A DNA stretch of 64,000 nt from Camelus dromedarius (lineage: Eukaryota): assembly GCF_036321535.1 (NCBI RefSeq), contig NC_087472.1:94676001-94740000 (forward strand), in the 5' to 3' direction. Positions 11,161 to 23,800 of the stretch are shown piece by piece (positions within the stretch are counted from its first letter, which is position 1; each line of letters begins with the position of its first letter). Under the pieces are notes generated by a model. That model had not been told where the DNA came from and ran no database searches. It saw nothing but the letters and a program-made list of their open reading frames with translations. Both the position numbers and the translations under genes were made by a program.

Positions 11161-14100
11161 GCATGCTCCAACCAAAAGACGTAGACTGGCTGAATGGATA
11201 CAAAAGTAAGACCCATATATATGCTGTCTTCAACAGACCAACTTCAGAGCTAGAGACACATGCAGGCTGAAAGTAAGGTGATGGAAAAAGATATTCCATG
11301 CAAATGGAAACCAAAAGAAAGCTGAAGTAGCAATACTTACATCAGACAAAATAGATTTTAAAATAAAGACTGTTACAAGAGACAGACAAAGACAATACAT
11401 AATGCTTAAGGGATCAATCCAAGAAGAGGATAACAATTGTAAACATATATGCACCCCACATAGGAGCACCTCAATATATAAGGCAATTGTTAACAGACAT
11501 AAAAGGAGAAATTAACAACACAATAATAGTAGGGGAACATAATACCCCATTTACAACAATGGACAGATCATCCAGACAAAATAAATCAGGAAATACAGGC
11601 CCTAAATAACACACTGGACCAGATGGACTTAATTGATATCTATAGAGTATTCCATCCAAAAGCAACAGAATACACATTATTCACAAGTGCACAAGGAACA
11701 TTCTCCAAAATCAACCACATTCTGGCCCACAAAGCTAGCCTCAGTACATTTAAGAAAACTGAAATCATACCAACCATCTTTTCCGACCACAACACTGTAA
11801 GGTTAGAAATCAACTACAAGAAAAAAACTGCAAACACATGGAGGCTACACAATATGCTACTAAACAACCAATGGATCACTGAAGAAATCAAACAGGAAAT
11901 CAGAAATTACTCTGAGACAAATGAAAATGAAAACAATGATCAAAAACCTCTGGGACACAGCAAAGGCAGTTCTAAGAGGCAAGTTTATAGTGATACAAGT
12001 CTACCTCAGCAAACAAGAAAAATCTCAAGTAAACAACTTAACCTTCCACCTAAAGCAGCTATAGAAAGAACAAAGCCCAGAGTTAGAAGAAAAGAAATCA
12101 TAAAGATTAGAGCAGAAATAAATGAAATAGAGACTTAAAAAGACAATAGAAAAGATCAATTAAACGGAAAGCTGGTTCTTAGACAAGATAAACAAAATTG
12201 ATAAACTCTTAGTCAGACTCACCAAGAAAACAAGGGAAAGGGCCCAAATTAATAAATTCAGAAATGAAAAAGAAGTCACAACCGACACCACAAAAATACA
12301 AGGGATCATGAGAGGCTACTATGAGCAATTTGACACCAACAAAAAGGACAACCTAGAAGAAATGGGCAATTTCTTAGAAAGCTACAATTTGCCAAAACTA
12401 AACCAGGAAGAAATACAAGACATTAATAGACTAATTACCCATACTGAAATTCAATCAGTAATTTAAAAACTCCCAACAAACAGAAGTCCAGGATCAGATG
12501 GCTTCACAGGCGAATTTTACCAAACATTTAGAGAAGAGTTAACACCTATCCTCCTGAAACCCTTCCAAAAAATTGCAGAGGAAGGAACACTTTCAAACTC
12601 ATTCCATCATCACTCTCATACCAAAACCAAAGATATCACAAGAAAAAAATAAAATTACAGGCCAATTCACTCATGAATACAGATGCAAAAGTCTTCAACA
12701 ACAAAATACTAGCAAATCAAATCCAACAATACAATAAAACGATCATTCACCATTATCAAGTGGAATTTATCCCAGGGATACAGGGATTTTTCAATACCCA
12801 CAAATCAAACAATGTGACATACCACATTAACAAATTGAATACAAACCATATGATCATCTCAATAGATGCAGAAAAAGCTTTTGATAAAATTCAACATCCA
12901 TTTATGATTAAAAAAAAAAAACTCTCCAGAGAGTGGGCATAGATGGAACATACCTCAACATAATAAAGGTCATATATGACAAACCCACAGCTGACATCAT
13001 ACATAATGGGGAAAAGCCAAAAGCATTTCCTCTAAGATTAAGACAAGGATGCCCACTCTCACCACTTCTATTCAACATAGTTTTCCAAGTCCTAGCCATA
13101 GCAATCAGAAGAAAAAGAAATAAAAGGAATTAAAATTAGAAATGAAAAAGTAGAACTTTCACTGCTTGCAGATGACATGATACTATACATAGAAAACCTT
13201 GAAGAAGCAACCAGAAAACTACTAGAACTCTATTAATGAATCTGGTCAAGTTGCAGGAAACAAAATTAATGTACAGAAGTCCAATGCATCTCTATACACT
13301 GAAAACAAAATAGCAGAAAAAGAAATTAAGGAAAAATACCATTTACCATTGCACTAAAAATGATAGAATACCTAGGAATAAACCTACCCAAGGAGGCAAA
13401 AGAGCTGTACTCTGAAAACTATATGACACTGATCAAAGAAATTACAGATGACATAAACAAATGGAAAGATATACCATGATCTTAGATTAGAAGAATCAAT
13501 ATTGTTAAAATGGACATACTACCCAAAGAAATATACAAATTCAATACAATCTCTATCAAATTAACAATGACATTTGGCACAGAGCTGGAACAACAACAAC
13601 AGAAAAAGTTAAAATTTGTATGAAAACACAAAAGACCCCCAATATCCAAAACAATCTTGAAAAAGAACAGAGCTGGGGGAATCATGCTCCATGATTTCAG
13701 AATATACTACAAAGCCACAGTAATCAAAACAGTTAGGTACCAGCACAAAAACAGACACATAGATCAATGGAACAGGATAGAAAATCCAGAAATAAACCCA
13801 CACACTTATGGTCAATTAATCTATGACAAAGGAGGCAAGAGTATACAATGGAGAAAAGACAGCCTCTTCAACAAGTGGTGCTGGGAAAACTGTAAAACAA
13901 TGAGATTAGAACATTATAACACCATATACAACAACAACAAAAAAAAAACAATCAAAATGGATTAAAGACTTAAATGTAACATCAGATACTATAAAACTCC
14001 TAGTGGAAAACATAGGCAGAACACTCTTGGACATAAATCACAGCAATGTATTTTCTGAACCAGATCCTGAAGTAACAGAAATAAAAGCAAAATAAACAAA

Positions 14101-14920
14101 TGGGATCTAATTAAACTTAAAAGCTTTTGCACAGCTAAGGATACCATCAACAAAACAAAAAGACAGCCTACACAATGGAAGAAAATACTTGCAAGTGATG
14201 CAACTGACAAGGGACTAATTTCCAAAATATACAAACAGCTCATACACCTTTATATATATAAAACGAAACAAAAACAAGCAACCCAATAAAAAAATGGGCA
14301 GAAGACCTAAATAGACATCTCTCCAAAAATGACATCCAGATGGCCAACAAGCACATGAAAAGATACTCACCAATTGTTAGAGAAATGCAAATCAAAACTA
14401 CCATGAGATAACACCTCACACCATACAGAATAGCTATCATTGTAAAGTACAGAAATGATAAATGCTAGAGAGAGTGTGGAGAAAAAGGAACCCTTCTACA
14501 CTGTTAGTGGGAATGTAAATTGGCGCAGACACTATGGAGGACAGTATGGAGTTTCCTTAAAAAAAAAAAATTTAAAAATAGACTTACCATATGATCCAGC
14601 AATCCTACTCCTGGGCATATACTCAGAAAAATATATAATTTGAAAATACACATGCACCCCAGTGTTCATACCACCACTATTTACAATAGTCAATACATGA
14701 AAACAACCCAAATGTCCATCAACAGATGACTGCATAAAGAAGATATGGAGTCACAATGGAATACTACTCAGCCATGAAAAAGAGTAAAATAATGCCATTT
14801 GCAGCAAAATGGATGGACCTGGAGATCATCATTCTAAGTGAAGTAAGCCCGAAAGAGAAAGAGAAATGCCATATGATATTGCTTATATGTGGAATCTTAA
14901 AAGGACACAAATGAACTACT
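11161..14920 (+). mobile_element. L1 copy A: nearly all of ORF2 (pseudogenised), 5'- and 3'-truncated
   Basis: Endonuclease peptides ([23 protein letters not shown]) and RT peptides ([45 protein letters not shown] = ADDM). Many stops and frameshifts; no poly(A). Confidence 0.95.
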
Positions 14921-15435
14921 TACTATTTATAACTTACATGATTGATTTCTTGAATATGTATAAACACATTTGACTACCCTTTATGATTGGATTACCACAT
15001 TCTGTTGATTCTTATTTTGTGGTTGGTTTTATTCCTTTGAAGACTTGTAAGTTTAAAAAGCTAAAGCTGTAAACTCCTGTTAGAAACAATGAACAGTACA
15101 TACATGTAAATTTTAAATTGGTTTTATCTCTCAGTGAGTTGCTTTTCCTAGAATTAATTTTGTTTACCCAAAATAAAAAAAATAAAGACTTGATCTACTT
15201 TGAAATAACTGCTTTGAAAAAATAAATCTATTGACAAATTACCTAAAGTGGTCAACTTCCCTTTTCATATAGAACTAATCGATTCACCAATGTACAATAT
15301 AAAATACCTCATTATAATACTTTGTCTCACTCTACTTTGGACCTTGTATTTTTTTGGTCTTTGATTGCTAGCATCTAGAACCATCATTTGGTATACGTTT
15401 GTTTTGCAGATGAATCGTGCTGTCCCAGACTAGGA

Positions 15436-15590
15436 GCAATGGTTCTTGAAGTCTGGATGCAGTAGCATCACCTGGTAACTTGTTATAGTGCACATTCCAG
15501 CCCTACACCAGATTTACTGGACCAGCCTCTGGGGGTGGGGTCCAGCAAGCCCTCTCAGGATTCCAATGGACAGAAGTTTGAAAACTACTG
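15436..15590. mobile_element. MER5A-like hAT-Charlie MITE
   Basis: CAATGGTTCTTGAAGT...GCATCACCTGG..ACTTGTTA...AAGTTTGAAAACTACTG with imperfect terminal inverted repeats. Confidence 0.75.
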
Positions 15591-16932
15591 AGATAAAGGG
15601 TACTAGATGGACAAGCTATGATCATTAGCAATCAGTATAATTCAGTTGATAGCACGACTTTCTTTTCCAGCTGTTTAAAATTACATGTGCTAATATTCTG
15701 AGGACAGAATGGATTGTGATGTTTGATAATACTTTCGGAAGACAATGGTTTAAGTGAAACATTAATTTTTAATATCTGTACATTGGAAACCTACGAGGCA
15801 GAATTAAACAACTGATAGCAATAGTTTCTATTTAAAAATAAACAATAATAGTTTATTACAAACTTTTTGTTAAAATTAAAATTGGAGAAATATGTCAAAT
15901 ATTTCAAAATACAGAAAATAACTAGTAGCTTGTATTAGAAAGGGATGTAAATTGAAAACAAAACCTAAACTGGGGTCAGACTATTAAATCCTTGGTTGCA
16001 TTCCACCTAATGTAATGTAGAGTCTGGAATTATAATTTGGTTCATATATACTAGAATCAATTTATGGGAACATTCAGTGGAAACCAAAGAAATAAGAACT
16101 CAATTTCAAGGTTAATCACTGACAGTCTCTGAATTTTGTATTTTGTAAAGATCAGTCCAATGTTATCTTCTGATATTTTTGCAGAATTAAGCACTTGTGA
16201 GCTCTATGTCCTTCTTGAAGTTCTGCCCTTTTACTTTCACTTCCTCCTTTTCTGATATCAGTCTTTCCATGACAATTTCCTTTTGTTCCTCTTTGTTCTA
16301 CTTCTTGCCTGCGGTTGTTCTCCAGGTATTTAATAGCCTACATTTTTGTAAACCTTCCCCTTACGGTCTCTGTTGAAGAAACACATTGATGCTTTCACTC
16401 CTCTAATGGCCATTTATAAGTCTAAAACATTACACATAATTTCATTTAAGTATAAATTCTTCTAGGACATCATATTTGAATGTCACCATTTAATTGAAAC
16501 AATCCAGGATTTGTAAAGGTAAATTAATAACTTATTCTTTCCAATCCCAACAAATTTAATAACATCTTTCTAATCCCAACTCCCTATTTCTATCAAAGGC
16601 AGCATTATTCAGCCACTTTCCAATCCCAGAATTGCTCTCAAGTTCCCTTTTCCTTCATCTTCTATAGCTAAATAATCCTGAAACCATTTCATTCCTTTTT
16701 CTGAAAGAGCATTTGTCAATTTCTCTTTTCTTGCATGCCCACTGCTAGGGATTTTAGTCAATGGCTTTTTGACCTAAGACATGACACACTCCAAAACATA
16801 ATTTTCTGTCGTCTCTTATCTTTGCTTGAAGATCTGCTCATTTTATGGGACCCTGCTATATGATTTTTCTTCCTAAAAATATGATTAAATTATGTTTCTA
16901 CCATGCTTAAACCTTTTGCTAGAACTTTACTG

Positions 16933-17478
16933 TGTCAGGGAAGAAATTCCCCTCTACCCTTCTAGGTTATTCCAGCTGGTCTAAGAATTAAACTGACATA
17001 AGGCAGATTAACAGGAGAAAAACAAACAGAAGTTCAAAAACAGTAGACATGAGAGACCTAGAAAAACTGACTAACTCAAATAAATGGTCAAAACCCTCAC
17101 CTTAAACACCATATCAGCTAAAGACAAAACAGGCTGTTAGGGGTAGTGGTTTGGGACTTCAAAAGGGAGAAAGGCGATTCACATGGAGATAGAAAAGCAA
17201 GTTTAGGAAAAAAATGTCTTCTGGGCCAGGCAGAGACAATGGGACACAGTGGACTCTGATCTCTAGGCCCTGCCAAGTTCCCCACCACACCTAACCCATG
17301 TTCTTTGCAGCTATCTCTGGTGATAGCTCTGTTTGAGGAACAAACCCTCTAAATTCTGTTAGGCACTTATGGGGATGGTCAAAGTTTCTTCCTGAGTCTT
17401 TCAGGCCTTGATTATTTTCACCCTGAAATAATCCACATGCCAAAGAGGTTTTGCAGTGACAAATTTTGTCCCCCTATA
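16933..17478 (-). mobile_element. ERV1 solo LTR, MER34-like
   Basis: Reverse complement ends AACCTAGAAGGGTAGAGGGGAATTTCTTCCCTGACA, homologous to the LTR end at ~34965-35003. Confidence 0.75.
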
Positions 17479-17734
17479 ATTTCAAACTGGATTTATCCAA
17501 AAACCAAAGCCTGGAAGTCAAAAACCTCCAGACAGTACTATTTTTTTTAATCTATATGGTGATATTTAGTTTATAAAGAGCATCTATGCATTTTAATCAT
17601 TTATCTTTTCACCAATGTTGAGTTGTGTGTGAAAAATTAGGAAACTCTGTCTCAGATTGTGCATCAGTGATGAAGTCTTCATTGGGGCTGGGTCCTTTAA
17701 TTTTTTAGTTTACTTCTTAAAATTAATGTCCCCA

Positions 17735-18000
17735 GTTTTATTGAGGTATGATTAACAAATAAAAATTGTATATATTTAGGTTGTACAATGAGAATTTTTT
17801 TAGGTATATAATTGAGCATTTAATCTACATACACAATGTAAAATGATTACCACAATCAAGCTAATTAACACCTCCATCAACTTAGATTTTTACCATTTGT
17901 GTGTATGTGTGTGGTGAGAACACTTAAGATCTACTCTCAGCAAATTTCAAGTATACAATACAGCATTAAGTATTATCACTATACTGTATATTAGATTTGC
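17735..18000 (-). mobile_element. L1MA-type 3' end fragment
   Basis: TTTATTGAGGTATGATT...GGTGAGAACACTTAAGATCTACTC..AGCAAATTTCAAGTATACAATACAG. Confidence 0.8.
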
Positions 18001-18649
18001 ATCTTCTTTATCTATCACTCCTTATGGCTTCTAATGTGGAACTGAGTACAACATTACAAAAGTGTTTCATCATTGTGATCAATCCTCTGTGGGCAGGATT
18101 TCTTTGACCTTGAAGAGAGCTATAAGTCTGCTTTTTTGTCAAAAATGCCTAAGAATTTATTTAAGTCAAATATCGTATCTGGATACCATCTGCTCACAAG
18201 TGAAATTCACTTGCTCTTCAGAAAGATGAAAACTGGAGTACAGCAGAAAGTTCCTGAGCAACCAAGCAAATGAAACAGACACTGGGTTTCTATTTTGTGC
18301 ATTGCCTTGGGTTTAAGCACTCTACCCAAACTAAGGCTGTCAGATCACTTGGATCAAATGACAGATAGGCTTGAGAGAGTTTAAGGTAATATATTAGAAT
18401 GAAATTATTTTCAGTCTTTCTTCTGTGTGGTAACAATGTAATTATTGTTCTGTGTTTATTATTTGAGAAAGATTATTCCATCTCATGTGGCAACTCTCAA
18501 GTGGATTTATTTTCTTGCCTTAGCCTTTTTGAAAAAATGCAAACCCATAATTTTAAGGACCTGTTGGAATTTATTTCATTGTGTCAATATTTTTTCTTAT
18601 GAAAGGATTCCAATGTTCTCTCAAAAATCTACTTCATCTCTTCCCTTCT

Positions 18650-19130
18650 ATATGAGATTTGACTCCCCAGTAGCAGAAATCGGGCAAGACATTGTGGTAC
18701 AGATGGTGTATTTGAGAAGTGAGCTCAGGAAGCTTAAGGAAGGAAACTGGAAACTGATACAAGAAAAGAAGAAAGTCAAAGGTGAGTTAAGAAGGGATTA
18801 CTGCTGTGGGTAACTGGGTCTCAATCCCACTGTGGAAACTCTCAGATACCATGCAGAATAGAGCTCAAAATTGTCCCACTGAGGAACAAGGAAGCTGGCA
18901 CATGTATTTAAAACTCCTGATCATCAGTGGTCAAGGGGCTATCCATGGGGGTGCTAAATCCCTAGAATTTCTCAGCTGCCCTGAATGTGGGCTGAGCAAG
19001 AGTCAGCTGCCCCAGAGAAAGCCCCATGGGAAGCAAAGAGAGCTACACTAGAGGTGAGAATCTGAAAATGTGTGTAGAAACCGAGTACAGAGGTTGCAGG
19101 TAGGAGAAATAGCTCAGCCAATCAACTGTG
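18650..19130 (-). mobile_element. ERVL solo LTR (LTR16-like)
   Basis: TTACTGCTGTGGGTAACTGGGTCTCAATCCCACTG and AATTGTCCCACTGAGG..AAGGAAGCTGG motifs. Confidence 0.65.
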
Positions 19131-19299
19131 TCTTATTAGTTTATTTTAAACATTTCCTTGGAATCCATGTACTCAGCACTGGCAGCGTACTGGGAAGATC
19201 TAAGGTGGCAAAGCCAGAAACCTGGCTTCCATCATGTATACAGTCCTTACCTTTAGTCCTTGTATCACATGAACTTCATCCTTATGAATCTTATTCCAA

Positions 19300-19910
19300 A
19301 ATATTTTTCATGCCTTTCCCCCTCCTATTTTTCCTGCTAATGCCCTAGTTTAGGCTCTCACTGTAATTAGCTGCATAGATTACTGAAGATATCTCTTAAC
19401 TGGTCTTCCTTTCAGTCTCACCCTGCTTAAAATTTTTTAAAGGTTCTCAGAATAAATTTCAAACTCTCTTATCCACGGCCTACTTGCAAATCTTGTCAGA
19501 TTCAGTGCTCACTTTTCTCCCTCCATCCCACATGCAGTACATGGTTCATCCATGTCATGATACTTCCTGTCCTGAATTCACCAGGTGATACACAACCTAT
19601 GACTGTGCACATTCCAATCTCCTTTTAAAAATGAATCTCTCCACCCCATTACTTGCAAACCCTACAAATGTACTTTATTTTCTAATTAACTCCTGTCAGT
19701 TCAGAAATTCTTTCTTAATCTCTGTATAGTCCTTGCTGGATTTCCAATAATCTACATTATATTTCATCACACTGTATTATGAATATACTATTATCTCTTC
19801 TCCAACTAGCCTGTGAACTCCTTGAAGATTATGTAATTCATGTCTGTATCTATGTCCCAAACCCTAAAATTTGTATACATTTATGATACTATGTGAATGT
19901 GAATGAATGA
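19300..19910 (+). mobile_element. L2 3' relic
   Basis: CTAGCCTGTGAACTCCTTGAAG... ending in TGAATGAATGA. Confidence 0.6.
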
Positions 19911-20631
19911 AATACAACAGTGCCCATAATGCCAAAGATCTCACAGAATAAGGCATGAGGGCTTCCCTTTAGGAACTTGTAATCTGATGGCCTTGTACTT
20001 TTTATAAATTTATTTACTTGCCAGATCAGTGTGTGTAATAACTGCATATTCCTCCCCATTGAGTTCATATTACCTTGGAAAGCAAAATCTCGTCAGAAAT
20101 ATCCATGATAAACCAAATTTCTCTGGTATTAGCCATGGGCTTCATTCTGGGTAATTATGGTCCAAATTTCCTCCCACTATTCCTGCTGAGTCCCTCTACA
20201 ATCTATCATATCTCTTGAGTCCTGCATCTTCTGAATCTGATGAAAACCCAAAATTTAGCTCTGAGGAGCTACAACAGTTTAGTAGTCCATAGTTTTCTCT
20301 CTCTTCACCTCATTTTGTAGATATTTATAATACACACTTTAAAAGGCAATGGGACAGCTGGAGAAAGGTTTCTTTCTCTCTGCCTTTATTTCGGAACTGC
20401 TAGGTAAAGTAGGAAAAGTAGCATCATTTTCATGATTCACCATCTTTTCCCCTATATTATTAGCATCAAAAGGAAGTAACATGTCAGTGGATTTGTGGCA
20501 ATAAAAGATTGTGATAGGCAGTACTATAGGCTCTTTTATTTGATTTAAAAATCAAAAAGTTTTAAATGGAAGGCTAGTCAATTATGGCGTATCTGATAAG
20601 ACTTAACATAAGGATTCAGAACACAGTCATT

Positions 20632-20832
20632 GTGTTGACAAAGACTCTTTCCTGGAGGAAACTATAGACAGGCTCTTCTAAACCCTGTTTGGACTGGGCC
20701 TTGTCCGTGGGCCCTATTTTCAACATGCTTAATCAGTTATACCAAGAATCCTGCTAAGTCAGTTTAGTCAGAATCACCCCATCCTTGTTATCTGGTCATG
20801 CTGGCCTGCCTTCAGTAAGAATCCTATTAAGA
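20632..20832 (+). mobile_element. 5' part of an ERV1 LTR (MER31-like), cut by the L1 insertion
   Basis: ACAAAGACTCT..., CAAGAATCCTGCTAAGTCAGTTTAG and GGCCTGCCTTCAGTAAGAATCCT motifs. Confidence 0.65.
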
Positions 20833-20839
20833 TGGTGAT

Positions 20840-23800
20840 TTCCAACAAAGATGGCAGAATAGAAGGACTCGGCTCTCCTCACAACAACAACAAAACCAAA
20901 CCTGACTACTCAACAACCGTTGAAAAAAAGAGACAGGAAACTAGCAAAATAGATCTTTAATGGAAAACATAAAGAGGGAACCACAGCAGGGCAGCACAAG
21001 GGGCGTGCTCACAATATAACTGGGCCCCATAACTCCCCGGGTAGGCAACCCACACACTGAAGAAGAATTAAGTCACAGAGGCCCTCCTATAGGAGGGAGA
21101 ACTCTGAGCCCCACGTCCAGCTGCCTAGCCTGGGATTCCAGCATTGGGAGGAGGAGATCCCAGGATATCTGGTTTTAAAGGCTAGCAGGAGCCCAGGAAC
21201 CCCATAGGACTGGGAGAAACAGAGACTTCACTCTCCTGGGAAGCACACACAGAATCTCGTGTGTGCCAGGTCCAAAAGCAGAGGCAGTGATTTCATAGGA
21301 ACCCGGGCCAGACCTGCCTGCCAGTTTTGGAAAGTCTCCTGGGGAGGTAGGGGGTGGCTGTGGCTCACACTGGGGATTTAACAGCTGGTGGTGGACATTC
21401 CGGAAGTGCTCATCTACCTGAGCTTTCCTGGAGGCTGCCATCTTGATTGGATCACCAGCACCAAGACCCATCCCCACCCAACAGCCTGTAGGCTGAAGGG
21501 CTGGGAAGCCTCAGGCCAAACAACATACTGGGTGGGAACACAGCCCCACCCATCAGCAGACTTGCTGAGCCACAAACACATCTAGACATCAGAGGTCCAA
21601 CACCAAGCTTCACCTAGCAGGGTGCAGGCACCAACTCCTCCTGCCAGGAAACCTGCCTAAGCCTCCAGTCCAACCTCACCCACCAGAGGCAGATACCACG
21701 AACAAGAAAACCACAATCCCAAAGTCTGTGGCAAGGAATCCACAAGCACAGGCCAGACTCTACACTGGGACCAGCTGGACCCCACCCCTTGGGTGACATG
21801 AGAGGAGTGTACTGTTGGGGCACACAGAATATCTCCCACAGAGGGCTGCTTCTCCAAGGTCAAGAAATGTAACTAACCTACCTAAAAATACAAATAGAAA
21901 GGTAGACGATATGAGGCGGCAGAGGAGTATCTCCCAGGCCAAGGCACAAGATAAAATCACAGAAGAAATAAGTGATGAGGAGCTTATAGAAAATTTATCT
22001 GAAAAAGTGTTTAGAATAATGATGGTGAAGATGTTCAGAGAATGCAAGAAGAGTATAGATGCACAAAGTGAAGATTTTAACAGAGATTAAAAATGTAAAG
22101 AATACCCAAACAGAGTTGAATAATAAAATTACTGAAATGAATAACACACCAGAAGGAACTAAGAATAGAGTAAATGAGACAGAAGAATGGATCACTGTGC
22201 CAGAAGACAGATTAGTGGAAATCACTACTGCAGATCAGAAAAAGGAAGAAAATGAAAAGAAATGAGGATAGTTTAAGAGAGCTCTGAGACTACATAAAGA
22301 AAACTAATATTCACATTATAGAGGTCCCAGAAAGAGGAGAGAGAGAAAGGACGTGAGAAAAGTTTTGAAGAAATTATAATCGAAGACTTCCCTAAGATGG
22401 AAAACAATCACTCAAGTCCAGGAAGTGCAGAGAGTTCCACACAGGATCAACCCAAAGAGGAACACACCAAGGCACACAGTAATCAAATTAACAAAAATTA
22501 AGGACAAGGGGAGAACATTAAAATTAGCAAGAGAAAAGTAACAAATAACATACAAGGGAATTCCCATAAGGTTATCAGCTGATTTTTCAGCAGAAGCTCT
22601 TCAGGCCACAAGGGAGTGGCACGATATATTTAAAGTGATCAGAGGGAAAAACTTTTAACCAAGAATACTCTATCCAGCAAGGCTCCTGCTTGGATTTGAT
22701 GGAGACATCAAAAGCTTCACAGATAAACAAAAGCTAAAAGAATTCAGCACCACCAAACCAGCTTTACAACAAATGATATAGAAAATTCTCTAGTCATAAC
22801 CCACAAGAAAGGAGAACAAAAAGAAGAGGAAAAAACCCACAAAAACAAGTTCAAAACAATTGATAAAATGGCAGTAAGGACATATGTATTGATAGTTACC
22901 TTAAATGTAAATGGATTAAACACTCCAACCGAAAGATACAGACTGGCTGAATGGATACAAAAACAAGACCCATATTACAGAGCTAGAGACACGTGCAGGC
23001 TGAAATTAAGGGTGTGGAAAAATATATTCCATGCAAATAGAAACCAAAAGAAAGTTGGAGTACCAATACTTATATTAGACAAAATAGATTTTAAAATAAA
23101 GACTGTTACAAGAGACAAAGAAAGACACAACATAATGCTTAAGGGATCAATCCAAGAAGAAGTTATAACAATTGTAAATATAAATTCACCCAACATAGGA
23201 GCATCTCAATATATAAGGCAATTGTTAACAGACAGAAAAGGAGAAATCAACAATAACATAGTAATAGTGGGGGACCTTAACACCCCACTTACATCAATGG
23301 ACAGATCATCCAGATAGAAAATCAATGAGGAAATATAGGCCCTAAATAACATACTAGACCAGATACACTTAATTGATATCTATGGAGCATTCCGTCTGAA
23401 AGCATGAGAATACACATTCTTCTCAAGTGCACATGGAACATTCTCCATAATTGACCACATGTTGGCCCACAAAACAAGACTCAATTTAATAAAACTGAAA
23501 TCAAACCAAACATCTTTTCCGACCACAATGCTATGAGGTAAGAAGTCACTATAAGGAAAAACTTCAAAAACAGAAAACACATGGAGGCTAAACAATATGC
23601 TACTAAATAACCAATGGATCACTGAAGAAATCAAAGATGAAATAAAAAAATACTTTGAGACAAATGAAAATGAAAACACAACAATTCAAAACCTCTGGGA
23701 CACAGCAAAAGCAGTTCTAAGAGGCAAGTTTATAGCGATACAAGCCTACCTCAGCAACCAAGAAAAATCTCAAATAAACAACCTAATCTTGCACCTAACA

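Noticed and set aside
18221..18385. Exon-like segment between CTTCAG| and AAG|GTAATA
   Set aside because: Stops in all three frames and no other support
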